DNA of 62,418 bases, filler included, from Barthelona sp. PAP020 (taxonomy: Eukaryota), in NCBI GenBank assembly GCA_040182905.1. It is 6 parts of 6 records of this genome, joined end to end, with 100 filler letters (N's around TTAATTAATTAA, not from the genome) between each part and the next. Parts side by side here need not be neighbours in the genome. Positions count along the whole stretch, not along the records: positions 1 to 10,380 come from JARQWU010000403.1; positions 10,481 to 20,836 come from JARQWU010000404.1; 4 more parts are not named here. One strand, given 5' to 3'. The position numbers and the translations under genes are program-made. Positions 1 to 12,659 of this stretch are shown here, piece after piece. The notes under the pieces were generated by a model that was given only the letters and a program-made list of their open reading frames with translations, searched no databases and was not told where the DNA came from. Every line of letters begins with the position of its first letter. Within the stretch, counting starts at the first letter, position 1.

Positions 1-334
1 ATCCCAGGAGGGGAATTGAGGGACTGAAATGTAATTGGAACGATCAAGTAGGAGAATTTCGGAGAAATTCTACATTCCTATTTTTTGTATTTTTGCAAAA
101 GCAAAATTTTAAAGTTTAAACTTTACCTTAGAAAATCTAAAGTTTTTCAACAGATCAATCGGCCCTCGAAAGCCTTTAACCAAATAAACACTATTCTTTT
201 TCATTCACTCAATGTACAGTGCTTCTTGACTTGGAAATAACCTTCATGAACTTCTTTTAATTTTTTTTTTTTTTTTTTTTTTTGAAAAAACAGATTAAAT
301 TTTTATGACTAGATTTTTGGGAACAAAATTATGT

Positions 335-2329
335 CTACTTAATTTGATCCAACTTTCTTTGCATTTCTGAATATTTTCTTAAAGCTTCTGCATCAACAGA
401 TGGTTTCACTTCTTTTAAAGCCTGATCAAACACTGCTTGTTCAATAAAACAATCTTCATTTTGAGCAATTTTAATCGTTAACAAACTAGCCCTACGGACA
501 AGATTATTCAAATCTGCTCCTGAAAAGCCTTCTGTTGCGTTTGCAATCAACTTAAAATTAACATCTTGAAATGGAACATCTCTCATAATCGTTTTCAAGA
601 TAGTCTCTCTATCATTATGGCTAGGCATTGGAACATATATTTTAGTACCCATTCTACCAGGGCGTAATAAGGCTTCATCAACCAAAAGAGGTCTGTTAGT
701 TGCTCCAATAATAAAAACTGAACCACGAGATTCCAAACCATCCATAACCGTCAAAAATTGATTGACTACTCTACTAGTTACAGCAGATTGATTACTGTTA
801 CCTCTTTTTGGAACTAAAGCATCCAACTCATCAAAGAATATAACGCAGGGTTGAGCAGTTTTGGCTCTCTCAAATAAATCTCTCACAGCACGTTCAGATT
901 CACCAACAAATTTATCAAGCAATTCAGGACCCTTAACAGAAATGAAGTTTGCTCCTGATTGTGAAGCAATTGCTCTTGCTAATAATGTTTTGCCGCAACC
1001 TGGTGGTCCATAGAGTAAAATTCCGGTTGAAGGGTTCTGATTAAATCTGGCAAACAACTCTGGAGATTTTATACCAAGAAGTATTGAATCATATATTTGT
1101 TCTTTTACATCATCTAATGCGCCAATATCATCAAATGTTAAATTGGTTTGGGGAATGAACCCTTCTCTCAGCAAAGTTGGTTGCACTTGTTTAAATGCTT
1201 GTCTATAATCGTCAATTGTAACAGCATTTATACTAGTTTGCAACATTTCATCAACAATCTCGGTTTCCATCTCACGTACTTCTTCGATTTCACAATTTCT
1301 TTCAAGCGCAATCAATCCAGCTGTGTTACACAAAGCTCGAAGATCCCCGCCTACATAACCAGGTGTCATTGCAGCAACTTCATCAATATTAATTGTTGAA
1401 TGTGCCTCCAAATTTTCCAACCGCTTTTGAATAATATCTTTTCTTGCTTGTTTATCCGGAACTTTCATCGCAAATTCAAGACCTAAACGTTCTGAAGATC
1501 TTAAAGTTTGGTCAATGGCAGAAGGAACAGAAGTAGCTCCAATGATAAAAACATTGGCATCGTTCGGAATAGAATCAATGCATGAACATAATTGAGACAC
1601 AATACGCTTACCCATGGCTTTATCGGCAGATTCACGATGACCAGCAATAGTTTCAAGGTCATCAAAAAAAATGAGGGATGGAGCTTTCTCTAACGCCTCA
1701 CAAAATATATTTCGAATGTTATTTTCGGTTCCACCTGATACACCAGTAATCAACTCAGGTGAAGATACTGAAAAAAACGATAAACTATACTCCCCAGCAA
1801 CAGATTTTGCCAATAAAGTCTTTCCACTACCAGGAGGACCATGTAATAATGCGCCTCTTAATCTGTTATCAACATATTTGGAAATTCCATTGGGATTGGC
1901 AAGCGTAACCTCAAACATCATTTTTAAAGAGTCAATTATATGCTCAATACCGGCAACATCACTCAAATTTGTATTAGGTGTTGGAACCTCATATGATTTG
2001 ATGTTTACATCATCAGTTTTCATTTTAAAACTGTTATTAGAATTACCAGTTGATTTTTGTGCATTTGCAATTTTTTCTCTTTTTGATTTTGTCATTGGTT
2101 CATGAATATCTTCATTTCTAAAAGAACATTTGCTCAAACGATTCATTATCATTTTTCGTAATGGTCCATCTCTATTATTAGGTATAATCATTCTTGTAGT
2201 TATACTTTCATCTGTTTTAAATCCAGTAAGAATAATGTTTGTCAACGTTTCCATTTTTTTTTTTAATATTTCATCAAAACACTCCTCAACTAGTAATTGA
2301 GCAGTTAATTGTTTTTTTTCATTATCCAT
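335..2329 (-). CDS. NVL: Nuclear VCP-like type II AAA+ ATPase (NVL2/Rix7), 60S biogenesis
   Basis: Two AAA modules ([16 protein letters not shown]...[24 protein letters not shown]...IFFDELDAL) and [15 protein letters not shown], typical of NVL. The short N-terminus is unlike the p97 N-domain. Confidence 0.85.
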   Translation of the reverse strand: MDNEKKQLTAQLLVEECFDEILKKKMETLTNIILTGFKTDESITTRMIIPNNRDGPLRKMIMNRLSKCSFRNEDIHEPMTKSKREKIANAQKSTGNSNNSFKMKTDDVNIKSYEVPTPNTNLSDVAGIEHIIDSLKMMFEVTLANPNGISKYVDNRLRGALLHGPPGSGKTLLAKSVAGEYSLSFFSVSSPELITGVSGGTENNIRNIFCEALEKAPSLIFFDDLETIAGHRESADKAMGKRIVSQLCSCIDSIPNDANVFIIGATSVPSAIDQTLRSSERLGLEFAMKVPDKQARKDIIQKRLENLEAHSTINIDEVAAMTPGYVGGDLRALCNTAGLIALERNCEIEEVREMETEIVDEMLQTSINAVTIDDYRQAFKQVQPTLLREGFIPQTNLTFDDIGALDDVKEQIYDSILLGIKSPELFARFNQNPSTGILLYGPPGCGKTLLARAIASQSGANFISVKGPELLDKFVGESERAVRDLFERAKTAQPCVIFFDELDALVPKRGNSNQSAVTSRVVNQFLTVMDGLESRGSVFIIGATNRPLLVDEALLRPGRMGTKIYVPMPSHNDRETILKTIMRDVPFQDVNFKLIANATEGFSGADLNNLVRRASLLTIKIAQNEDCFIEQAVFDQALKEVKPSVDAEALRKYSEMQRKLDQIK

Positions 2330-2553
2330 TTTTGTCTAAACAATAATTATAAAAGCGAAATGAACACTCAATTAAAAAAAAAAAATCCATGAAGTAAAAG
2401 TTTTTTCAATATTTATTTCGAGAGCAAAAATCTGTTAAAGAATACATGATTACAAATTTTTGGGAAGTTTCTTATAAAATCTTGGGTCTTAAAAAAGGAA
2501 AAAATATTTGGCGTGTGAAACCCTTTTGTCATTTTCTCTATTATTGTTATGTA

Positions 2554-5500
2554 ATGTCTTTATCATTTGAATCAAAGGGAATATTAGAGAAAATAAGTAA
2601 TAATACTATTGATATATTGGATTTAAGATTCAATCGATTAACCAACAGTCAAATTGAAGATATTTGTGCTCGATTAAAAGATAATAACAGTATTAAATCC
2701 TTAGATTTTTGGAACACTGGATTAACACCAAAGAATCTAAAGAAAATTTGCGTTGCATGTAGAAAGAATTATCAAATTGAATCATTAGAAATAGGATCTA
2801 ATCATATTGGTGATGAAGGTATTCAAATATTGGTTGAAGAAATGGAAAATTATGATTGTTTGCCTTGTTTAAAATCCCTTTTATCTTCCAAAAACAATTT
2901 GACTGACAGAAGTTGTCATTATTTTGAAAGTTTATTGAGATTAGATATTCCTTTGCATACCTTAAAATTAAGAGGTAATAGTATTACTCAAATTGGTGTA
3001 CAAAATTTGTGCAATGGTTTAAAGCACAATAACACTTTGAGAATATTAACATTTTTTAATAATCCCATTGGAGACAGTGGTGCTGCAAGCATTTTGAATG
3101 TATTAAAAACTAATAGAACCTTAACCACTGTTGATTTACGCATTACGAGCATTACTGACCTTGATTTGTTACGAAAAATCAATAATCAATGCCAAGAAAA
3201 TGAAAAATCAACTGAGCCTTTGAATGATGATATTATTAATTCTGAAACACCTTTTTGGACTCGAAACAAAAGACGTTTAACTCGTGAAGTTATTGAAAAC
3301 GCAATGGAAAGGAGTCCTAAACCTTCTTCTAAACAAATGAAATTAATGATTAAGAATAGTGTTGAAGATGAAGATGAAGAAGAAAATATGGATATAGATG
3401 CTGGTAATTTGAATGTAAAAGAAGCAAGTTTAATCAAAGAATTTTCCAAAGAAAAAGAAAAACTAGAGAAAGAATTGATTATTAAAAATGAAGAGATGGT
3501 TGTCTTAGAAAAGAGAGCTGAATTAGCTGAAGCACATTTGCATGAGTTTGAACTTCATGGTATTGAAGTTTCAAAGCAATTACAAGATCAAAAAGAGTTG
3601 ATCAAGGAGTTACGTTCTCAAGTAGATATTCAAATTGAAGATAGTGAAAGATATCAAGAGAAACAGAATAAAATTATGATAGAGAATGAACAATTAAAGA
3701 AAGAATTAAATGGTTATAAAATGTTGATGAAAGAAAACAATGAACAACTGAGAATTTTGAAAGAAGTCGAAAATTCAAATTTAAATTTAGTTGAGCAGTT
3801 AAAAGAAAAGGAAACCAATGAAATTGAACAAAACAGTATGATAAAAGAAATACTTAAAGAGAATGATATTTTAAAAAATGATATAATTTTTGCTGAAGAT
3901 AAGATAAAAGAATTGGATGAAAAGGTAACAAAGAATGAAGAATTGGTTGATAGTTATGAAGAGAGTCTTAAAGAACAAGAAAAACTATTAAAAGAAGATA
4001 AAGAAATAATCAAGGAACAAGAAAAAATTTTAAAAGAAGATAAAGAAATAATCAAAGAACAAGAGAAACAATTGATTGAATATGAAGAAAAATATAAAGA
4101 AAATGAATTATTATTGGATGAAATTGGTAAGTTAAGAGAAAGTATAGAACATAAAGATAAATTAGTTGAAGAAGAAGAAGAGAAAGATATAGCAATTATT
4201 AATGATTTAACTAAATTAAAGAAATTGTTATTAAAAAATATTGATCTCTTGGAATCTTCAACAAACATTTCTATTTTATTCAAAACAATGAAATCATTTC
4301 ATGAATCATTTACAACTATAAAGGAAGAATTAGATATCATTAGTGAATTAAAAAAAGCTAATGAAGAATTAGAACAAAACAAATCTAACAAAGAAATATC
4401 ATTTGAACATACTTCAAAATATTTAAATAATTTAGAAAATATTATTAAAGAATTAAATCAAAAAGTTGAAAGTTTGAAAGAATTCAAAATTTCTGAAAGT
4501 TTTAAAAAAAAAAATTCACAAAAAAATTTGCAAAAGAATTTGAAGTTGATTTTGATTCAACAAAATGATTTAAATATTGAATTAAAGAATTTACAAGATA
4601 TTTATATTAACAGTGTTAATGAAATTGAAGCAAAACGTTATGAACAAGAACAAAGATTTGATGAATCTGAACAATGCTTAAAAGATTTGAAAGCTCAATT
4701 GGAAAATGAACAAACCATTTTACTGAAAGAATTGGAATTGATTACTGAAAATGAAACAAAGATTAAGGAAGATGTTTTCATGTTTGAAACTTTGGTTGAA
4801 CAATTGAAATCTCAAATCTCCTTGGAAGTGATTGAAGCAGATAATATAACTTTAGATTTAGATGAAGAAATCAATGAATTGATTGAAAAGATCAAGAAAG
4901 AAGAAGGAAAATTACAATTGTTTGAACAACAAAAAGCAGATTTGATTGAAAAAACTAGAATTATTGAAAATGATGGTTTGGCGTTTGAAAATGATGGCGA
5001 AAAAGAAACTGTTATTGCTAGGATTAATGAAGAAGTTAAAGATCTGGCTTTCGATATTGAATCTCTAAAAGATGGTATCAATAATTGTTTTATTTTACAA
5101 GAAGGTGAATTAGCAGATGTTTGCAAACTTTTTAGAAATGTTTTGAATAATTTTTCAGAAAAACTCTTTGAAAATTTCCAAATATTTAAAAGTATTTCAA
5201 ACATTGCTGAACAACGTTCAAATGAAATAATTGCTTTAAATAAAGTTTTGACTGATGAATTAGCTGAAAAAGAAGAATTGTTGGGAAAAATCAAGAGTTT
5301 TACAAAAAAAAATGACAGCTTAAACAAATTAAAAGAAGAACAATTGGAAATAATCGATGAAAAAGATCATCTAATTTATCAATTAAGTGAGCAAATTTGT
5401 TTGTTGAAAAGTGATATTCAAAAATTGAATTTTGATAGAAAAGAACTTGAAAGTTCTTATTCAAACATTGAAACATATTTTAGCAAGACAAGAGAACAGT

Positions 5501-6249
5501 TTACAAGTGCTTATGAAGATAAACTGAAATTACAAAATGATTTGATGAAAATAACTGTCAAATACAATGAGTTAGAAGCTAAATATTCAAGTTTAAAAAT
5601 AGAAAATTCAGATAGAACTGCCTTTTTATTGGAAAATTTTAATACTTCAAAAGTGGATGATATTGTTGAAATGTACAGAGATTTATTGAGAAAAGTTGAA
5701 AGTTTTGAAGATGGAGAACGTATTCAAAGATTAGTTAGTCTTGAGGATGAATCTTTGTTATCTACTGAAGAAGATCATGTAAACATTGAACAATTTCCTA
5801 AACAAAAAGAAAGTATTGAAAAGAATCAAAATGATGCAGATTTTGAGACAGATACTGATTTTGATGAGAATTTTATTGAGAATTTTGATGTAAACTTCAT
5901 TCCTGAGAGTGACTTGGAATTAAACACAGATATTGATGTAGATTTAGATGTCGATAGTGATGATATCGAACTTAAAATGATTGTCGATTCCATTATTAAG
6001 AATGAAGAAACAATAGTTAAAGAAGAGAACATGATAAACAGATCAAAACCAGATTTAACTACAAGTATTGGAAATAAATACAGAAATGACAAGTTGAATG
6101 ATGACTACGTTAGTTTGATTTCAGAACAAATACCTAAATGGTCAAGTCAAAGATTATTACTTGGAAAAAAAATGGAAGAATTATTGAAAATTTCTAACAG
6201 AAGATTGAATCATCCCAATGATGAGCAAATTTCAAGCAAAAAAATATAA
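2554..6249 (+). CDS. RI-like LRR N-terminus plus long coiled-coil protein
   Basis: RI-like LRRs (LEIGSNHIGDEG, LKLRGNSITQIG, LTFFNNPIGDSG) followed by ~900 aa of E/K-rich heptads. Start placed at ATG 2554 (MSLSF); the upstream in-frame ATG 2446 crosses UTR-like sequence. Confidence 0.8.
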   Translation: MSLSFESKGILEKISNNTIDILDLRFNRLTNSQIEDICARLKDNNSIKSLDFWNTGLTPKNLKKICVACRKNYQIESLEIGSNHIGDEGIQILVEEMENYDCLPCLKSLLSSKNNLTDRSCHYFESLLRLDIPLHTLKLRGNSITQIGVQNLCNGLKHNNTLRILTFFNNPIGDSGAASILNVLKTNRTLTTVDLRITSITDLDLLRKINNQCQENEKSTEPLNDDIINSETPFWTRNKRRLTREVIENAMERSPKPSSKQMKLMIKNSVEDEDEEENMDIDAGNLNVKEASLIKEFSKEKEKLEKELIIKNEEMVVLEKRAELAEAHLHEFELHGIEVSKQLQDQKELIKELRSQVDIQIEDSERYQEKQNKIMIENEQLKKELNGYKMLMKENNEQLRILKEVENSNLNLVEQLKEKETNEIEQNSMIKEILKENDILKNDIIFAEDKIKELDEKVTKNEELVDSYEESLKEQEKLLKEDKEIIKEQEKILKEDKEIIKEQEKQLIEYEEKYKENELLLDEIGKLRESIEHKDKLVEEEEEKDIAIINDLTKLKKLLLKNIDLLESSTNISILFKTMKSFHESFTTIKEELDIISELKKANEELEQNKSNKEISFEHTSKYLNNLENIIKELNQKVESLKEFKISESFKKKNSQKNLQKNLKLILIQQNDLNIELKNLQDIYINSVNEIEAKRYEQEQRFDESEQCLKDLKAQLENEQTILLKELELITENETKIKEDVFMFETLVEQLKSQISLEVIEADNITLDLDEEINELIEKIKKEEGKLQLFEQQKADLIEKTRIIENDGLAFENDGEKETVIARINEEVKDLAFDIESLKDGINNCFILQEGELADVCKLFRNVLNNFSEKLFENFQIFKSISNIAEQRSNEIIALNKVLTDELAEKEELLGKIKSFTKKNDSLNKLKEEQLEIIDEKDHLIYQLSEQICLLKSDIQKLNFDRKELESSYSNIETYFSKTREQFTSAYEDKLKLQNDLMKITVKYNELEAKYSSLKIENSDRTAFLLENFNTSKVDDIVEMYRDLLRKVESFEDGERIQRLVSLEDESLLSTEEDHVNIEQFPKQKESIEKNQNDADFETDTDFDENFIENFDVNFIPESDLELNTDIDVDLDVDSDDIELKMIVDSIIKNEETIVKEENMINRSKPDLTTSIGNKYRNDKLNDDYVSLISEQIPKWSSQRLLLGKKMEELLKISNRRLNHPNDEQISSKKI
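3970..4074 (+). repeat. Intragenic 42-bp tandem repeat (~2.5 copies) encoding KEQEK(L/I)LKEDKEII
   Basis: Direct reading: aaagaacaagaaaaactattaaaagaagataaagaaataatc, then aaggaacaagaaaaaattttaaaagaagataaagaaataatc, then a partial third copy. Confidence 0.85.
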
Positions 6250-6446
6250 ATATAAATCGTCTATTTTTTTTTTTTTTTTGGTTTTTGTTTGAGTATTTGT
6301 TTGAGTATTTGTTTCAAATTTTCAACTCACAGATTAGGCAAAATATGGGTTCTATCAATGTGAACAAATGAAGATCAGAAGATCAGAAAGGTCTTTTCCT
6401 CTTTTTTCACACAAATAAAAAAAATACAATTTATCTGATCAAAAAA

Positions 6447-9400
6447 TTACATTACAAAACAACAACCACCACTCTGTTGAGATTCTTGTTGTTGAATGAA
6501 TATTTTCGCTTGAGCTCTTTTTCCTTCCAAAGAAGTGTTTTCCAAGGTTTCTAAAACCATATTTTTACTTAAAACATCAATCTCTTGAGGGGTTAAACCA
6601 TCTTTCCAAGATTTCTCTTTTATTTTTGTTTCACTGGTATTACGTTCATTTGAAACGTTATCATCATTTCTGGATACATTGTTGTCAATTCTAACTACTT
6701 CAACTTGATTATCTTGAACAATTTCAATTTTATTTTCCTTTTGTTCATTTCTAGGAGTTAAAGGATCGGAATGAGTTATTAATGGTTCAGGACCTGATGG
6801 TGTGCTATCATTTGTTATTGAATCAACTAAATCAGCTTCAGCTTCAGCTTCCCTTTCTTCTATTGCAATTTTTGCTTCCTTATCTTCCTTGCTTTTTAAC
6901 CAAGATTCTTTATGACCTGTTAAACGAACAATTACAGAGTTTTTATTCAAATAATTGAGTAATTCATCAGTTACAACTTCTATAAACCTCATTTCATGAG
7001 GTAATTGATCAGTATTAACAACAATAGGCTCATGAACAAAAAACTTGTATTGTAAACGATTACCATATTCAAATACAGAAGGAATATTATCAACCGATTC
7101 AATTTGCACAGCAAATTCGACTGTATTGCCCAAAGCCAACCAATCAGGATCATCAGGCATTTCAACAACCTCACCATTTTCTACCGGAGATATATTAAAC
7201 GATCCAGTAGCTACGGAAGGGATTCGTACATCATCAACAGCAAATTTTGTTTCCACTGGACTACTAATTGGTAAGGTCAAAGGTTGAAGACTCAGATGCG
7301 CATATCCAAGTGTAAATAATTTTTCATTATCTTCAATATTCTCAAAAGGATCACCCTTATCATCTACTATTTCTTTGTTTTTCAATTTGCAATCAAAAGC
7401 ATATCTGACACGATGATATCTGTCATCAAATTCCCCCAAAGTCCAAATGTCTTCTTCACCAGTTTGAGTATTCTTAGCTGCAACATAAACGACAGACTCA
7501 AAACCCCCAACGTTATCTGGAATAGCTTTAATTTCAGGTTGGACTTCTAAATTCTTTCCTAACGTCATAGAAATAGCGTTTAATTCCTTTAATTTAGGCA
7601 TAATATTTATCAAATCTTCCTGAATTCTTTGTTTAGTCATCTTAGCGATTTCGGCTCTGGTTTCAGCTTCTTTTTCTCTAATGGCCTTCTCTCTCATCAA
7701 TTTAATCTTTTCTTCATTCAATTCACTCAATAAAATATCATCATCAACGTTATTTAATTGTTTTTCCAAAAGATCTAACTTTTGATCATATTGCTTTTCT
7801 AATTCTTTTTGTCTCAAAGCGATTTCTCTTTGCATTTCTTCTTCCATTTGTTTTCTTAATCCAGCAGTTGCCTCTTGTTGAATTTTTTGGTTTACTTCTT
7901 CAAACGTTGGCTCTTCTGTATTTTCACCAGTAGAATGAGGATCATTTACTGAAAAAAATTTACAATCTGCAATAACAAAGAAGTCATTGTTTTTCAATTG
8001 TACTCTTTCTCCACGCTCAAGCACTCTCATATTTATCATGGTTTTTCCATGACATGTCAAATAAATATTGTTATCTTCTAAACATTCAATGGAACAGTGT
8101 TGTTCTATTATGCCAACACCATTAACTTTGATGGTAGCATCACCAAAATCATTACCTATCATGTTTAAACCATCTTTTAACTTAAAATTCAAATTGCCAG
8201 AACGCATAGCATCAGGTGTTAAATTCTTTAAGTGACGAATAGACTTATCTAAAGGTTCGATTGCAACACCTTGTTTCTCCAAAGCTTCTTGTAATTCTCT
8301 TCTCAGTTTTTCCATTTCAATTCTTTGTTGTTCCATTAATTTGGCTTGTGCTTCAATTTCTTCTTTAGAAACAACACCAAATTCTTCTTTTAATGAGCTT
8401 TTAATCACATTTTTCATTTTCTTCACATTATTTGCATAATTAATCGTACTTATGGTTTCTTCAACGTTAGTATGACATGGGTTGATTGCTGCAATCATTG
8501 TGGTGTAAGAATTTCCTCCCAAAGAATCACTCAAAACCTTTGTCAATGGATGATTATTATAAGGAACAATTTTGGGCTTCTTGGGCTCTCCTGAATTATA
8601 GGCTAGAGCTTCAATGACCTGATTCAAAATAGTCAATGATAAATTGATTGATTTGCCTTCTTCTTCCATCACTTTATCATTCTTAGCACCGGTTTTAGAA
8701 AATCTTTCTGATCCTGCAAGATCAACCATCGTAATCGAAAACTTCAGATCTCTTTTCTTCTTTACACCCCCAGTACTCTCTTTTTTCAATTGAACATCCA
8801 AACGAACAATACTGTGTGAACGAGAAGACTCAGGATTTAAACCAGTCGCTCTGATAATACGATATCCTATAAATTGATTGTACAAATCATTCAATTGATC
8901 AGAATTTTGTCCAGCAACCTTCCTAATAGGTATCTTTTTATCACTTCTTCTCTTAAAACTGACAATTCTACGACCATTTTGTTTGTACATCGAAATATCC
9001 AGTTCTTCACGATCAGATCCAGTCATTAAATCGTATGCTTTTCCCAAATAAACATCAATCATTGACATTTCAACACTGAAAGTCTTTGGTTCAAATCCAA
9101 AACTATCAACTTCTCTACAACGAACAAAAACATTTTCAAAAACACGGGGCATTAATCCTTTTTGAGTTTCACTAGTTCGGTCACCCGTCATAGTGTACGT
9201 TTTACCACTTCCAGATTGTCCATAAGCAAATACAGTGAAAGAAAAACCTTCAGTAAAGGCCCTTTCCATTAATGGTTGACAAACAATTTCATACATCCCT
9301 TTTTGATCCACAATATCACCTCCATTTGTGTCATCAACATTCCAAACAACTCTATCAAATGTTGCTTGTCTTTCTTTTTCATCTTCTGTTCCATCTAATA

Positions 9401-9564
9401 ATTAGTTAATAAAATAAAAAACCTTTCATACAATCTTCTAAAACTGCAAAAGATGTTGTGGATTTGTAACGTAATGCATTTTCCTTGGGTGGATCTGCAT
9501 TCTTTTCATGTTTTAATAGAGGTCTAGTTGCAACAACAACTCTAACTGCTGGTAAATCAGCCAT
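6447..9564 (-). CDS. Kinesin-3-like motor (motor + FHA-like + stalk) with C-terminal CAAX tail; 2 exons (9564-9432, 9394-6447)
   Basis: P-loop AYGQSGSGKTYTM, switch I NPESSRSHS, switch II VDLAGSER, VPYNNHPLTKVLSDSLGGNS, and an FHA-like region (HLKNL...IGN...GIIEQHC). Splicing 9395-9431 adds MADLPAVRVVVATRPL...ATFDRVVW in frame. Ends GGCCFVM*. Confidence 0.9.
9395..9431 (-). other. 37-nt spliceosomal intron in the kinesin gene
   Basis: GTATGA...AACTAAT-TATTAG. Removal (phase 1) restores the kinesin beta1 motif in frame. Confidence 0.9.
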
Positions 9565-10244
9565 AAGTTATCTTCAAAAATAAAATAAAATTATTTTTAG
9601 AGTTTTAAAACAACATTGATCTTTCCAAAAAATTCTCAAAATTCATGGAAGAACAGCAGAATGAAAACAAACAATTTGAAATTGTTTATCAAATTCAATT
9701 GAAAGCTTCCCTTTCCTTTTCATCTCTTTTTAATATTTAGGAATCTTGAAGTTAAATAATACATAAAATAAATGATAACAACAAAAACAAACAAATAATA
9801 TTTACAAAATACAATCAATAAATGACAAAATGGATAAAACTGTTTTAAACCGACAAGCAGTTCAAATAAATCATCAAAAAATAGATAATTAAACGTAATT
9901 TTGAAAGAAAACACAAAAACAAATAACAAACAAGTTTCTATGTTTTTTTTAAAGTCATCTTGACAATTGCTTTCAAAATATTTTTTTTTTAATATTTTCA
10001 ATCAGTTCTTCTCACAAGAATTAACAAACTTTTTTTTTTTTGAGTAATAACTTCCTTCCACCTGCAACAAACTGTTGAACTAAACTAAACTCAAAATTCA
10101 TCCTTTGTTTTTCAAAGATAACAATGAACACAATCTGGCAGCCTCCTCTTTGAGCATATCAACTTCAACTTTTTGCACATAGATTAAATATAAGGAAGGA
10201 TATGCTTATTTTTTCTTCTTTAAAATCAACTGTCAGTTTTATAG

Positions 10245-10380
10245 TTATCTTTCCAGTTGTTGTGCGTGATCTTCATTGTCATCAGCTTCACTTTCACTTT
10301 CATAAAGCCCAAATTCACTTTCTTCTTCTTCTTCTTCTTCTTCTGGTTGTTGTGCGTGATCTTCAACATTAGCATCAGCT
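10245..10380 (-). CDS. 3' end of a truncated acidic protein (partial at contig end)
   Basis: Reads ADANVEDHAQQPEEEEEEESEFGLYESESEADDNEDHAQQLER*. A 20-bp direct repeat occurs at 10256-10275 and 10346-10365. Confidence 0.45.
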
Positions 10381-10480
10381 NNNNNNNNNNNNNNNNNNNN
10401 NNNNNNNNNNNNNNNNNNNNNNNNTTAATTAATTAANNNNNNNNNNNNNNNNNNNNNNNNNNNNNNNNNNNNNNNNNNNN
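10381..10480. other. Artificial contig spacer (N44-TTAATTAATTAA-N44)
   Basis: Six-frame stop linker flanked by N runs. Confidence 0.98.
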
Positions 10481-11559
10481 AAAATAGAGTGAAAATCAAT
10501 TTGAGATACAAGATGATCTCTAGATATATTAATTGAATGAGAAAGCTCAAAACTCTTTCTCATCAACAACACCAAATCATCAACAGCTGTTAAAGCCTTT
10601 TCAACTTCTGTATCAGAGACATTTGTTTGAGAAGCATCATATATTTTAACAGGTTCTTTTCCACCTTCGGTCAACCAATCATAATTGATAATATCGTTAA
10701 TACTTAAGCGGTCACTAGCTCTTCTTCTCAAACAACCAATTAACAAATCTCGGGCAGGGTGATCTAAAAACCACTTAGGGATATTTATAGGTGAAGAAAC
10801 TATTTGATTAAACAAGTCACCAGTGGATTTTGCATCAAAAGGCAGTTTTCCAAAAAACATAAAATAAAGAGTCACACCAAGAGACCAAATATCCAAAGGA
10901 GCACCATCAATGGCTGCAGCTGCTTTCTTTTGTTTTGTATGCTGATAGTATTTGATAGCTTCAGGTGCTAAAAATGAAGGAGTACCAGCAACTGACCGAA
11001 CACTTTTGGGTGCAGTTACTTCCAAAGCCAACCCAAAATCAACCAATTTTATGTGTCCATCCATGGTTTTGAGCATGTTTTCAGGTTTTAAATCACGATG
11101 AACAATGCCAATATTGTGAATATAATATAAAGCACTGGCAATATCTCTTACAAAAAAACGTATTTGTACATCAGACATGGGTTTGATTTTATGAGCTCTT
11201 GGAGCAATAGCAGAATTACCATTGACATATTCCATCACAATATATATACAATTTTGTGTGGCACTAACATCTAAAACTTCCTTGAATTGAACAATGTGAG
11301 GGTGAGACATTTGTTTCATAATAGCAATTTCACGTCGAACAGCAACTGGTATTGAATCCTTAATCTCAATTCTCTTAATGGCATAAGTTTCTTGTGTATT
11401 TCGATCCATACATAAATAAACAGAAGCAAAACTACCTGAACCTAAATGTTTCAAAAAAACATAATTTTGAATAGTCTCAGCAGGTAATGTTTCAGCCTTA
11501 TCTGTTTCTACAAAATGAGGTTGATCACCAGATACTGATGATTTGGAACTACTTAACAT
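10481..11559 (-). CDS. Ser/Thr protein kinase, CAMK-group/CAMKK-like (3' truncated at spacer)
   Basis: LGSGSFASV, YAIK, VRREIAIMKQMSHPHIV, HRDLKPEN, DFG, GTPSFLAPE, DIWSLGVTLY. Confidence 0.9.
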
Positions 11560-12659
11560 TAAAAAAAAAGGAAAGGAGTCTCTTTCTTTCTATTCATTCG
11601 ACTGGTAAAATTACTTAATAACATACACATGTATTTTTATATTGATATGACTTTCTTGTCAAGAAAAACAATTAAAGAGTTCAAAAAATGGAAATTTCCA
11701 ACAGTTGTTTGCCCTCAATTTTTTTGTCATTTATTGCTTTGCTGTTTTAAACATTTATTTCAATAATGAAAAATGGAAGAAATTCAAAGCAAATTTTTAA
11801 ATATATAGGCATTTTTGTTATGTCACCAACCAAAAAAGAGTCCATTTTTAAACTTTTTGTCTTTTTTTAATTGAAATTTATGATAAATTAAGAAAAATTT
11901 CCCATTTTTGTGGAAAAAAAAAAACCTAAAAAAAGTCACCACAAAAACAAAAAAACTTAAAGATCCAATTTACAACAATTGGAAAGGAAAAATGTTTTTA
12001 AAGTTGCAAAATTGCTGCAATTCTGCAAAAAATTTAAAATTTTCATCGATTTAAAAAAAATTGATCCAAAAGGGCAAACAGAAGATCAATTTTATTGCAA
12101 ACTAAAAGAAATGAAACTTTTTTACGGGGAATATGCCTAATTTGAAGAGGTTATGGATCAAATAGGGCTACTCATTTCAACTAATAGAAACTAGCAAAAA
12201 TTCCATCTACTCTTTTTAATCCAGTTCACACAATCAAAAAATTACAAAATAAAAAGTGTTTGGAAATTTACATGATATTAATGTTTCATTCTTTTCTTTT
12301 CGGAAAATTTTTGCTAAAGTTTGTTTTCCAATTTTTACATTACTCAAATGTAATTATAATTTAACATTTGCCATAAACAACTGCAACAACATACAACAGT
12401 AATATTTAGTTTGACATTTATCCACTTTTTTTGTTTAAAGTTTAACTTTAAAAGGAGAAACAACGATGAATGAAATGTCAATCGTATATGAATCAGTTTT
12501 GACAATTTTTTAACAGGAAAAAAAAAATCAAAACCAATCAAATTTGAAAAACGAATTCAATTTAACAGGAATTTAAACAAAGACAAGAAAAATACAAAAA
12601 AAAAAAAGAAAAAAAGATATAAAATATTCCTATTTATTGCAATAATCACACCGTTATTA

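Noticed and set aside
10425..10436. TTAATTAATTAA as a biological palindrome or piggyBac TTAA site
   Set aside because: It is identical in all five gaps and flanked by fixed N runs, so it is an assembly linker.
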